In this document: piece after piece, positions 53,457 through 64,000 of the stretch
Numbering within the stretch: position 1 is the stretch's first letter
Layout of the letters: each line of letters begins with the position of its first letter
Assembly (NCBI RefSeq): GCF_006345805.1
Contig: NC_043004.1
Coordinates: 186,001 to 250,000, forward strand
Direction: 5' to 3'
Source of the DNA: Octopus sinensis
Taxonomy: Eukaryota
Length of the DNA stretch: 64,000 nucleotides
Translations under genes and position numbers: made by a program
The notes under the pieces: generated by a model
The model's input: the letters and a program-made list of their open reading frames with translations, nothing else
What the model was told of the DNA's origin: nothing
The model's database searches: none

Positions 53457-54271
53457 TGCTGTTGTTGTTGCGGTTGTTGCTACCGTTGTTCAGTGCCAAG
53501 CCAGTGTGCTGAAAGGCATTCCAGCCATGACATCCAGTCTTTCTTGCAGTGAGTAGTACTACATTACTGGATGACCTTTCGTTCCCAACTTTGAAGGGTG
53601 TGATCTTATGGAGATTTGGCTGCCGCTTCTAACTGGTTGAATGACTATGCAGAGGCTCCCTCGTTGGTACGTGTAGTGTATCTTGATTGTAGTCGTGCTT
53701 GGTTGGTAGGTATGATGAGGCGGTGCTCGTGATTGTGGTTGTAGCGCTAATAGTGTTGGTCACGGTGATGGCCGAATCAGCATGTATTTTATTCTGGCGA
53801 CGATGTTGATAGTAGCACTGTTGTGGTGGTGGTGGTGGTGGTGGCGTTGGAGATGATGGTGATGGAGGTCATAGTAGTGGTAGTGACTGTGACCATTGTG
53901 TTGTGATGAAGGCGGTAGAAAATCACGTGATATCCTTATACCAAAAACAACAAATAAATTTCTCTTGAATCACATTCTAAAGGAAGACTGGATACATCAG
54001 ATGATTTAGTCCAATATATCACTAAATAGAACTCGGGAACGTCGTGATTGGAACGCTTTTGGTCACAGATTTGTTAGATCAGGGTTGGCCTGTAGGTAAA
54101 CAACGATAGCAACACCGGTTCAATACCACTAGGGGTATGTCAGATCTAGATGTTCGGTTCAGCAGGGATGAACGAAAAAAACCTTCGGACGTCAATATGG
54201 CGACGTGGTTAAGTGGTTTGTTACATAAACATTGAGTTCCTTTTTATTATATGGGTATATATACATCAATA

Positions 54272-54486
54272 CCATATTTTCTGGCACACAGGTCAATACA
54301 GCATATTCTTTAAACATGTAGAGTAAATAATCAAACACCGTCACTATCTTTCCAAGTCCTTTTGCTTTTCGCGTGCAATTTTTGGCCCTCCAGAATCATC
54401 TTGGTGTTATAAGTCCAGTTGCCTTTTATGGGGCGGGGCAGTAAATTTTGGTCTGAAAAATTCGACTTGTGTGCCAGAAAATATGG
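54272..54486. mobile_element. 215-bp Tc1/mariner (pogo-like) MITE
   Basis: 23-bp TIRs CCATATTTTCTGGCACACA(G/A)GTC with one mismatch; TA on both sides. Confidence 0.9.
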
Positions 54487-54502
54487 TAATGTATTCTCTC
54501 TT

Positions 54503-54761
54503 AGATAAATAAATGTGCCCTTTTAAAGTCTAGCCAGGCTCATGGGCCCGGTTTCCCGGTTTCAATGGCGTATGTGTTCCCCAGCTGAACGGAACACCAG
54601 TCCATCGCAGCGTTACTCATTTTTGCCAGCTGAGTGGACTGGAGCAACGTGAAATGAAGTGTTTTGCTCAAGAACACAACGCATCGCTCGGTCCAGGAAT
54701 CGAAACCACAATCTTACGATCAGAATGCTGACACCCTAACCACTAAGCCACGCGCCTCCAC
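54503..54761 (-). mobile_element. Full-length CORE-like SINE with perfect 12-bp TSD
   Basis: TSD GTATTCTCTCTT at 54491-54502 and 54762-54773. Confidence 0.92.
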
Positions 54762-55361
54762 GTATTCTCTCTTGCTTCAACTATAATTCAAGACACATCT
54801 AAACGTGTATTATAGAAATATAAATCCACTCAATAATTAACCGGCATTTTATTTTAACGACCCCAGAAAATGAAAGGCAAAACCGATTTCTGTGAGATTT
54901 GAACTCAGAATGTAAAATATCATAGCCAAATGCTGCGAGGCATTCTATTTGGTTCTTTAAAACTTCAACCAGTCTATCGCTAAAAGCATTGGTAAAATTC
55001 TTAAGAACCTATAAAACATAACTTTATTTCTCTATTTCACTGTGACAGTAATTATAAATCTAATTAAGTTTCTAATACTCAGCAATTAATTATATTTTTA
55101 AAACAAGTAATTGCTATTGATATGTTTCCACATTAATACACAATTCTATTAATCACCATGGTAACACGTTGTTCGTATGGCATATATATGATTTTTATTG
55201 CCAATTTTGAAAAGCTTCAATATCTAACTTGTATCGACCTTTGTTGACCTAACGAAGAAATATGAAACAGGTGAGTCGAACCTGCCTTCATATATTTTTT
55301 TTATTTCTATTTATTTTATTTTATTTTGCCTTTTCATCATTTAAATCTACCGGCTAGACGT

Positions 55362-55377
55362 CTGCCCTCTAGTGGCA
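55362..55377 (-). promoter_or_regulatory. CTCF-like motif
   Basis: TGCCACTAGAGGGCAG matches the CTCF core consensus; motif match only. Confidence 0.3.
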
Positions 55378-56204
55378 TAAATAGAAATTACATGTGGGGT
55401 TTTAAATATTTAAAACCATATTCCTATCCACCAACCTTTCAATCAACATTATCCAGAAGGATTACAAGCTATGCGTTTGCTATTTCTCAGCGTTGTAATT
55501 AAACAGGTTTTAATACCAAGTCAGAAGGTTATTGATGGAGAAATGATTGATTCGTTTAGAAAATGAAATAAACAAGTGTCTCTGAGAAAGTTGATTACTA
55601 AAAATGATCTCATATAAAATAAAATAACGGCAGGAACTGAAGTGGAGTTTAACACATAATTAACAAGCCATGCTCTAAATATGATATACTAGAAGGAGAT
55701 TAACAAACAAGGCAGAACGTATTAACAGTGAGAAAGTTATAAATTACAAACAGTATTAGTGGTGATATAATACAGATCCCTCTTGATTTGGCCAACGTTT
55801 GCGTATAGAACCGATTGAAGGGATTCTTGTACACTAATGGTACATATCTTCTGGACAGCGGAGAGAGTTTCGAATAAGGTAGACTCCACGAAACTTAAAT
55901 GCAGAGAGTAGCGAGACAAAATTAAAAGCTACAAAACATGAACTGTTTTAGGCAGCCCCTGTGCTTAAATGGAAACCCATGTAGTGACGAAATAATCAAT
56001 CTTGAACGATCAGCTTGTGGTCGTAAATGTATATTTTCAACAGCATCGCATTTCCCTGTTAAATGCAATGGTACTTCGAAATGTCAGAAATGAGTACCAA
56101 AACAAATGGCATTGGCCGACCATGGGTGGTTGTTTCTTGCATGTTTAAATTAGAGAAACCATTAGCATTCCAATAGACTAACGGCTTTCAATATTTGCGT
56201 TCGT

Positions 56205-56415
56205 GGTAAGACAGCGAGCTGGAAGAATCCTTAGCGCGCCGGACAAAACGCTTCGCGGCATTTCGTCCGTCTTTACTTTCTGAGATCAGATACCGCCGGG
56301 GTTGACTTGCCTTTCATCCTTTAGGGGTCGATGAAATAAGTATCTGTTGAACACTGGGGATGATGTAATCGACTGCCCGAATTTACTGGCCTTGTGCCAA
56401 AATTTGAAATCAGTA
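56205..56415 (+). mobile_element. tRNA-derived SINE (family of 44038)
   Basis: Colinear with 44038-44280. Confidence 0.75.
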
Positions 56416-57122
56416 TTTGTGTATGTATTTTGTTCGTGACGCAATGGGGATCAAATAAAAGAAATTACCTATGTACTTCACATGGAAAGTTAAAATATAT
56501 AACAGTTATAGCTTAAAGTAGGAAAAAAATCAGAAAAATATATAAAATTTTGGATTATATTCTTTTATTAATCATACTTGTATGTAGAAACATCATAAAT
56601 AATCGTTTTGCAAAATGCAGATTGATTAGTATGGGTTTTCTCAAGCATTACATACACGTATATTTACATATATACATACATACATACATGGGTGTGTGTG
56701 TATGACAAGGAAACAAGATTCACGTAATGTAATTCATAAGCTTACAGTTGTTTCTGCTATTAAAAGCAATGCATACACACACACACATACATACATGGTG
56801 AGGCACAACCTTGAGGAATTTTAGTCGACGGAATCGGCTTCTTTCTTTATTAAGCATAGTACTTATTCTATCGGCCATTTTGCCCAACCGCTAAGTTACG
56901 AGGACTTAAACACACCAACAGAGATCGTCAAATGGTGGTGGGGGTCAATTACAGGCACAAAGATACACGAGCGCGCGCACACGCACATACGCATATTCGT
57001 GTGTGTGTGTGTGTGTGTAGTTTATAGGTTAGAGACAGGAGTTCTCTATATTCTGAGCCAATCGACTTGCCTAACTTGCTTCTCATTACATTTATTCATA
57101 TACATATATATATATATATATA

Positions 57123-57185
<63 letters not shown>

Positions 57186-57391
57186 GTGTGTGTGTGAGTG
57201 TGTGTGAGTGTTTGTCCACCATCGCTTGACAACCTATGCTTGTGTGATTACATCCCCGTAATTTAGTGGTTCGGCAAAAGAGACCGATAGAATAAGTGCT
57301 AGACTTACAAAGAATATGTCCTGGGGTCGATTTGTCGACTAAAAGTGGTGCTCGAGCATGGCCGTAGTCAAATGACTGAAGCAAGTAAAAG

Positions 57392-57448
<57 letters not shown>

Positions 57449-57450
57449 CA

Positions 57451-57835
57451 GTGGAGGCGCAATGGCCCAGTGGTTAGGGCAGCGGACACGCGGTCATAGG
57501 ATCGCGGTTTCGATTCCCAGACCGGGCATTGTGAGTGTTTATTGAGCGAAAGCACCTAAAGCTCCACGAGTCTGCGGCAGGGGATGGTGGTGATCCCTGC
57601 TGTACTCTTTCACCACAACTTTCTCTCACTCTTACTTCCTGTTCCTGTTGTACCTGTAGTTCAAGGGGCCGGCCTTGTCACTCTCTGTGTCACGCTGAAT
57701 ATCCCCGAGAACTACATTCAGGGTACGCGTGTCTGTGGAGTGCTCAGCCACTTACACGTTAATTTCACGAGCAGGCTGTTCCGTTGATTCGGATTAACCG
57801 GAACCCTCGTCGTCGTAACCGACGGAGTGCTTCCA
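57451..57835 (+). mobile_element. Full-length tRNA-derived SINE inside a (TA)n tract
   Basis: A-box TGGCCCAGTGG, B-box GTTTCGATTCC; head as at 46433 but a different tail. Confidence 0.85.
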
Positions 57836-57880
57836 TATATATACATACATACATATATATACATACATACATATATATAC

Positions 57881-57971
<91 letters not shown>

Positions 57972-57977
<6 letters not shown>

Positions 57978-59085
57978 GGAGTATAACTCCAAACTTACAG
58001 GGAAAAATTCAATTTAGTATTAAATCAAATTTCACAATATAAATATATAAAATACAAATTAGAGATAAAACCACCTTTTGCAACTCAACAGTGATAGACA
58101 TAAACCAAAACATAAATAACAAATATTATATATTTTTATAAAATATAAAACTAGATCTCACAATGTATAAAAATGAATGATCAATATATAATAAGTAAGA
58201 AAAACTACGTACGTTTCATGGCTACAATTAAATTCGAATTACACTTAAGTTTAAATTTAATTGAAATAAATTCGATTTAAAAGTATAGTCAATCTTCAGA
58301 TTAACGATAATAGTTAAATAAATAAGCAAATAGAGTTAAACAATATTTATTTAAAAAATAAATAAAATAATAATTTTTCTTGTAGAAAAAATTCCATTAA
58401 CTAAATTTTAAAACTTAAAACATTAGGATTATTTCCTACAACCCATTTATTATGTTAAATATTAAATATTTAAGGTAAAGAGAAAAAATAGATAGAAATA
58501 TGTACTTATCTGTAGAGATATAATTTGGCTTAAAAAACATTAATAAACTATCGAATATCTTTAACTCAGTTATACTCCAATATTTAATTACCAAATTATT
58601 TAACAAATAATCACTATTAATATTTAGATTTAAGTTCGCATATAAAAATTATAAAATAATAAATACATAAAATAAATATCTAAATTATAATCAACAAATA
58701 TAGTAATTAAAAATCTAAAATTTTCTCTATCAATAAATGTATAAACATAACCAAGAAGAGATAAGTCCATTATTACTTACATAAATATTATAGATATCTA
58801 TAGAATATATTTATGAAATACAATTTAAGAATTGAAAATTTCAAATTAAAAACGTATAACCTATCTCTATAATATACTTATTATTTCTATTATCATCACT
58901 ATTATCAATAACATTTATACGATCTATATCACAACGTGACTAACTAATATCTTAAAATTTACGTTCAAATAAATGTACATATCTAAATTATCATTAACAG
59001 CTAAAATAATAATAAATACAAATTCAACAATCAATAGTTATATAGAATACAATGATATTTTTTAAATAAAAAAGTTTACATATCT
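57972..59085. mobile_element. AT-rich interspersed repeat abutting (TA)n, probably PLE-derived
   Basis: Starts TATTAGGGAGTATAACTCCAAACTTACAGGG as at 37692 and 39262; related to 38020-38530; carries an HHR-like motif at 58203-58303 on the minus strand. Confidence 0.6.
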
Positions 59086-59123
59086 CTCGAAAGGCGTATC
59101 ACTAAGTTAGTGATATTGAGGGC

Positions 59124-59489
59124 TTATTACCTGCGCTTTCGCTAAGGCAGAGGTATTGTTTTCAGTCGTGTTTGTTTGTCCGTGGACAAGATATCTCAAG
59201 AACCGCTGGATGGATTCGCATGAAACTTTCAGGAATGTTTGGCATCGTGACTGGCACGAACTGATTAGATTTTGGGATCGATTTGGTACCGGACAAGGAT
59301 TCTGGATTATTTTATCTGTTTTTTTACTTAATTTTTGAGAGCAGTTGGGTTCATTTTTAGTATTCTCATTTGTGAGAGCAGTTGGGCTTATTTCAGATAT
59401 TCTAATTTTAAAGATTATCTCTGGCTAATTGTTGAGAGGACATTGGTGTTGCCTTGACGGAGGTTTGCACTCTCTGAGTGCTCTTGTTT
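59124..59489 (+). mobile_element. Non-autonomous Helentron-type element
   Basis: TTATTACC start, subTIR-like TTCGCTAAGG / CCTTGACGGAGG, 3' hairpin GCACTC-T-CT-GAGTGC, then a T-run. Confidence 0.7.
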
Positions 59490-59574
59490 TGAAACATTTC
59501 CGTTGCCTTTCAAAACGCTAGTCAACAACCGACCTCTTTACTGGGAACATTTAAAAACTTTAATTTTAATACTT

Positions 59575-59900
59575 TCATTTACTTGCTTCCGTCCTTAGAG
59601 TGTGGCCATGCTAGGCTGCCATCTTGAAGGGTTTTAGTCGAACGTAACAATCCCAGAATTTTTTATCGGGTTTCTTAAATAAACCACCACCGGTTGTCAG
59701 TTGATGATAGTGGGAGACAAACACAGGTACACACATACACACACGTAAATAAGTACGACGGGTTTCCACACAGTTTCAATCTGCCAAATCCGTTTACAAG
59801 ACATTGGCCAGCAAGGGCTTACAGTAGAAAACACTTGCGCAATGTGTCACACAGTAGGACTGAACCCGAAACCACATGTTTGAAAAAAAGCGCACTTCTT
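59575..59900 (-). mobile_element. Diverged SINE (family of 22716)
   Basis: Tail and head recognisable. Confidence 0.6.
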
Positions 59901-60008
59901 CCCCACATAGCCATACCTGCAACTATTTATGTAATATAATGTGTAACAATGGCCTCCTAACAGTAATTCTGACTCTTTATAATAAATTTTAGCAAAATCC
60001 AGACATCT

Positions 60009-60059
<51 letters not shown>

Positions 60060-60681
60060 TTTGTGGATGTGGTTAATCGATTAGATCGACCGCAGGACTC
60101 CACCGGTACTTATTTTATCGGCCCAGAAAGGACGAAATGCAAAGTTAGCTTCAGCGGGATTTGAACTCAGAACGTAAACAGACGTAAGAAACATGAATTT
60201 TTATCAAATCACTAGAATTAAAAAAAGAAAAACAATTACCAATTTCCATTGATTCCAACATCTTTCTCTTTTCAATTCCAATTAAAAGACAGTTTAACCG
60301 ATTCGATTCTTGCGATAGTCTTCGTGTGAATTATTTCTTTTCACCATTTTTGTCTTAATCAGAACCGGTGCTTCTTTGGTTAAACTCCTTGTTGGCAGAC
60401 TCTAACTAGAAAATATGGGGATTTTTTTCTTTCTCCTTTTGTTTCTTTTTTCTTTTCTTTTTTTTTTCTTTTTTTTTTACTTTCTTCTCCATTGATATTT
60501 CTAAAGCTTAATGTATGTTCTCGGCTTAAATGAAATTAGAAGATTTTCAGATACACGATACCTTGATACTTAAAAAATTATGATTAATTGAAACAGTATG
60601 TCGTTATTTCAAATATATGGACTTCAGTGAATTTAAACTTTGCGAATTAAACATTTCACAACAACCGTTACTTCAATGCAA

Positions 60682-60713
<32 letters not shown>

Positions 60714-61161
60714 TGTGCGTGCGGCGTGCGTGCGTGCGTGTGCGTGCGTGCGTGTGTGTGAGTGTGTGTAAATTGCGAGTTGTTATTTGTCGAGTCGAAG
60801 AGTCAGTAATCAATGAATTCAGTCAATAATCCATATATATGCCTGCCATGTAGTAGTGAGTCCGCATCTAAAACGTTTAACTCATACTAGCTCAGTCTAC
60901 CTGACTGTAAAGCATCCTCAGATAAGAATGTCCTCAAATAAAAACCTAATAGCCGTAGTTCTTCTTAAGACCGGTTACTCGATCTTAAGAAGATCCCTTT
61001 AAGGTGGCCGATATCTCAAGTAAGTGACCGATATCCCTTGAACGAAACGCCAATCCGTTGCAGGGTCCAACGTCCACAATTTCGAAAGGAGGTGACAAGT
61101 CAATTTAAAGTAAGAAGCAAAATAAAAGAAATAAGAAAGGAAAGATACCTATTTGTATATA

Positions 61162-61640
61162 CAGGGTATTGCAAAATAAATATTTATAAGATGCTATAAG
61201 ACTACAAAAGAATATATTAGACTTTACAAGACTTTAAAAAAACTTAATAAGAGGTGTTGAAAATATCGTCCTTCATTTTCAATTCATAAGTTGTCTCTTT
61301 TACACATGTTTTGAAAAACATCTTGGAGAGTCTGACGCGGTATGGACCGTGTGAAGGTTATGATTGCGTCTTTTTAGCTCATTAATGGTTTTCGGGAGAT
61401 TCTTGTACACTGAACCTTTACTTGCTTCCCAGAAAAAAAAGTCTGGTGGTGTTAAATCAGGTGATCTTGGTGGCCAAAGTCCCTTCGAAATAATCCGTTC
61501 ACCGAAAAACTCTTGAAGTAGCGCCATGGTGATGCGCGAAGTATGTGCTGTAGTTCCATCTTGCTGAAAGTATGCATTATTAATTTCACTTTCAGTGAGT
61601 TGGCCTAAAAATGGATAGACAATATTTGAACAATACCTCT
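61162..61640 (-). mobile_element. rosa-like Tc1/mariner transposon remnant (C-terminal catalytic domain plus 3' TIR)
   Basis: YFQQDGTTAHT...WPPRSPDLTPPDFFFW...ENEGRYFQHLL; the terminus reads TA-CAGGGTATTGC at 61160-61172; 5' part missing. Confidence 0.88.
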
Positions 61641-62256
61641 CGATGTTGATGGTGTCATGCGTAGGATGAAAAAAATTAACTGCGGAGATATGGATGTAGA
61701 GAATCGTGTGGCTATCACAGAAAGCACTTCTAACGGCTTCAACTAACAGAGTTGAATCGTCGTTGTAACCATGATGTTCGGATGGTCTGATGAGCTGGCT
61801 TTCTTTATTTGCATTAGTTTGTGAGAGTGCAGTTGTGTTGTATAATGCCTTGTATGTATATTAATACAAACGTGTAAACATAATTTATTCCACTGCGAAA
61901 TTTATTGCAACATGAAGATGGCTGCGAAACGGCCGTAATCCTAATGATGTTAAGCAATTAAATAAATGTATTCACCATTTATACCACCTGACTTTTTATG
62001 GTGTTTATATATATATATATATATATATATGTGTGGGGGTGTTGTGTGTGTGTGGAGAGAGAGAGAGGTGTTTAGATGTGCATTTATATACATATATATA
62101 TATATATATGTGTATGAGTATAAATTAAAAATAAGCCCTTTTAGATGCATAAAAACAACAAATAAAAACCTCACTATATATATTGAAATTAACGTTTATA
62201 ATTTTACTGACTTAGAATTTATTTTATTTCATTTTCTCTATATATATAAAGGAAGG

Positions 62257-62291
<35 letters not shown>

Positions 62292-62378
62292 AGAGAGAGA
62301 GAAGGGGAGAAAGAGAAAGGAGCAGAGTGTAAGAAAGAAATACACTGCATACCTGCTAATAGTTACGTATTCTATATA

Positions 62379-62449
<71 letters not shown>

Positions 62450-62471
62450 GTATATGTTATATGTATGTATG

Positions 62472-62527
<56 letters not shown>

Positions 62528-62613
62528 TATGTATATACATATAATATACATTATATATACATATATATATACATACATATAAACACACACACACACATAT
62601 ATACATATATGTT

Positions 62614-62669
<56 letters not shown>

Positions 62670-63299
62670 TACAGTTGGGAATAATGCCAACATCCACAGG
62701 AAACGTAGCCTCTCTAGGACAAATGACTACCATATCGCATTCTGAATATTATGCCTTTGTAATCCAAGAACAAGAGATTGATACACGTGCGTAATTACCA
62801 AAGGAGATAGTAAAGATATTGATTACCTGTAGACGTAAGAAAATTCTTGAATGCACTCTATTTCTGCGGAGGACATTATATAGCACACTCAGCAACAATC
62901 CCATAATCCTATTGATAGTATTATGAAATAGATGCTTCATAAGCCGAGATGTTCTAACAATAAATAATGCCATAATTAGTGAAGAATTCCGGGGGTTTAA
63001 ACCTCAAATATGCTACTGGTGTAATATTTAACTGTATTTTTGAACCCAAAAGAGTATTGATGGGAGATTCTTATTAGAAAAATCTCCAGCGATGAGATAC
63101 ACCTCAAGGTACTGTTGTCTGTGATTTTGTAAAAACAAAATAATAAAGCACGCATAGTGCCCTCTGGATGGTCATTATCACAAGAGGAAGTAACTATCTC
63201 CTGCTCTAAAGGGCCATTAATACAAGTGTGTGGCTGGATTAGAAATTTGAATCTGAAAGCAAGGAATATGAAAAAACAGGAAACATGGAAACTATGTTT

Positions 63300-63560
63300 G
63301 TATTCTTTTCGGCTTTTCGGTTTTTTATTCGTTTCGGACATTGGACTGCAGCCATGCGGGGTACCGCTTTGAAAGGATTTACTCCAGTAAATCGACCCCA
63401 GTATGTATTTTTAAGCCTTGCACTTTGACTATTAGTCATCTTTTGCCAAACCGCTAGATTACGAGGATGTAGACAAACCAACACCGGTTGTCAAACAGTG
63501 GGGACCAGGAGGACAATGACACCTACCCTCAGATATACAGTGGATTCTCTCATCAGCTTC
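63300..63560 (-). mobile_element. Diverged SINE (family of 22716)
   Basis: Tail and body recognisable. Confidence 0.6.
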
Positions 63561-63829
63561 GCCCTACGAAGCTCCAACAACCAGTACTACACGTTAGACT
63601 AACCACGCAAATAAATGCTTGTGCGCGACCAGTAACATTTCTAGGAAATGCTGATAGCAGGAAATTGATGCAAATTCAATGAACATGCTAGTCGATCTGG
63701 AGTTTCTCCATCTCTTGGGTTAGTTGACTTTGCTACGGTTTTGAGTCCAACCTTCCTAAGTAGGACAAATCCGCGCATGGCCACGAAAAACAAGAACTTA
63801 TAAATCCTTCACACACACACATATATGTA

Positions 63830-63958
63830 TAGGCGCAGGCGTGGCTGTGTGGTAAGAAGCTTGCTCCTAACCATATGGTCCCGGGTTCAGTCCCTTTGCG
63901 TGGCACCTTGGGCAGGTGTCTTCTACTATAGCCTCGGGCTGATCAAAGCCGTGTGAGT
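63830..63958 (+). mobile_element. SINE 5' half (family of 22716)
   Basis: GGCGCAGGCGTGGCTGTGTGGTAAG head, GGGTTCAGTCCC B-box, CCTTGGGCAGGTGTCTTC CORE-like segment. Confidence 0.85.
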
Positions 63959-64000
63959 ATGTATGTATTCGTTTGTCTGTGCTGACCACACCACAAACAT

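Noticed and set aside
57972-59085. Possible NUMT (also 38020-38530)
   Set aside because: The frames I tried under the invertebrate mitochondrial code hit stops, I recognised no mitochondrial tRNA or rRNA, and the family recurs with a fixed end. A BLAST to mtDNA would settle it.
5428-62794. Dozens of ORFs rich in IY, VC, HT, LSIY or homopolymers
   Set aside because: They are translations of (TA)n, (TG)n, (GATA)n and trinucleotide microsatellites.

Overview
Eukaryotic, repeat-dominated genomic window: AT-rich, saturated with microsatellites, and with one 100-N scaffold gap. The tRNA-headed SINE families and repeat spectrum look cephalopod, probably Octopus (inference). I recognise no intact protein-coding gene, and most listed ORFs are microsatellite translations. 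Supported content: a decayed hAT-like (probably hATm-type) DDE transposase; two CR1-group LINEs plus a 3' fragment; an R4/Dong-type REL LINE and three short (AAT)n-tailed relatives; a Penelope-like (PLE, Neptune-type GIY-YIG) remnant; a rosa-like Tc1/mariner remnant with D38D spacing; three TA-type MITEs; non-autonomous Helitron/Helentron elements; more than 20 SINE copies; several tandem duplications; and a few candidate exons. The most interesting signal is about ten minimal type-I hammerhead ribozyme (HHR) motifs from several sequence families. Two have intact cores and plausible folds. One has an apparent C3G/G8U core swap. Two sit at the inner edge of 90-115 bp inverted repeats next to (TA)n tracts. 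This suggests a diverse population of short PLE-derived, ribozyme-bearing elements in microsatellites. All folds were inferred by eye; no searches or folding programs were run.
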